Part shown: in pieces, positions 63,993 through 64,000 of the stretch
Numbering within the stretch: the stretch's first letter is position 1
Layout of the letters: every line of letters begins with the position of its first letter
Virus record (IMG/VR): IMGVR_UViG_3300033552_000003
Span: 1-64,000 of that record
From: a virus
Length of the DNA stretch: 64,000 bases
Strand: one strand, 5' to 3'
The notes under the pieces: model-generated
Seen by the model: the letters and a program-made list of their open reading frames with translations, nothing else
Databases searched by the model: none
Told to the model about the DNA's origin: nothing
Translations under genes and position numbers: made by a program

Positions 63993-64000
63993 ACTTGTAA

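Noticed and set aside
1-64000. Stop-codon reassignment (TAG or TGA recoding), known in some crAss-like phages
   Set aside because: ORFs of up to 11,955 nt are intact under the standard code. None of the five tRNAs has a CUA, UCA or UUA anticodon.
1-64000. CRISPR arrays, integrase or lysogeny module, diversity-generating retroelement, toxin-antitoxin pairs
   Set aside because: No regularly spaced direct repeats, no recombinase- or RT-sized ORF with recognisable motifs, and no template/variable repeat pair noticed near the fibre genes.

Overview
Low-GC segment (about 27-30% G+C by hand count of typical lines) of a lytic dsDNA phage. Its gene order and motifs match a crAss-like (Crassvirales-type) podovirus of a Bacteroidota/Flavobacteriia host: A-rich leaders without Shine-Dalgarno sites, and one good TTTG-N20-TAnnTTTG promoter. 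Layout: (i) 1-2411, minus-strand small genes. (ii) 2412-3983, a 1.57-kb ORF-free divergent region full of inverted repeats, iteron-like repeats and an A-tract block. (iii) 3984-54533, one long plus-strand block. It holds small genes, an IHF/HU-like protein, TerL, portal, a scaffold-like protein, the major capsid protein, tail and structural genes, and three internal or ejected proteins, followed by three fibre genes and a lysis cassette. The internal proteins include a 3,984-aa giant with an RNAP beta-prime-like R-x-P...ADFDIDKM core, two HExxH motifs and a C-terminal ART-like module, followed by a 1,678-aa HExxH protein. Two of the fibre genes carry SGNH esterase domains and lie in a compositionally foreign ~5.9-kb island. 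The lysis cassette has an M15 peptidase and six membrane proteins. (iv) 54538-55015, five minus-strand tRNAs: Trp, Asn, Phe, Gln and one atypical class-II tRNA. (v) 55214-59522, a second plus-strand fibre module with Cys-rich proteins, a tail-collar fibre and two Lys-rich mini-proteins. (vi) 59632-63992, minus-strand early or replication-type genes (PD-(D/E)XK nuclease, DUF3310-like, MazG-like) and a second GC-richer islet. No integrase, CRISPR array, reverse transcriptase or stop-codon recoding is visible. All functions come from motifs read by eye and from gene order; no database search was possible.
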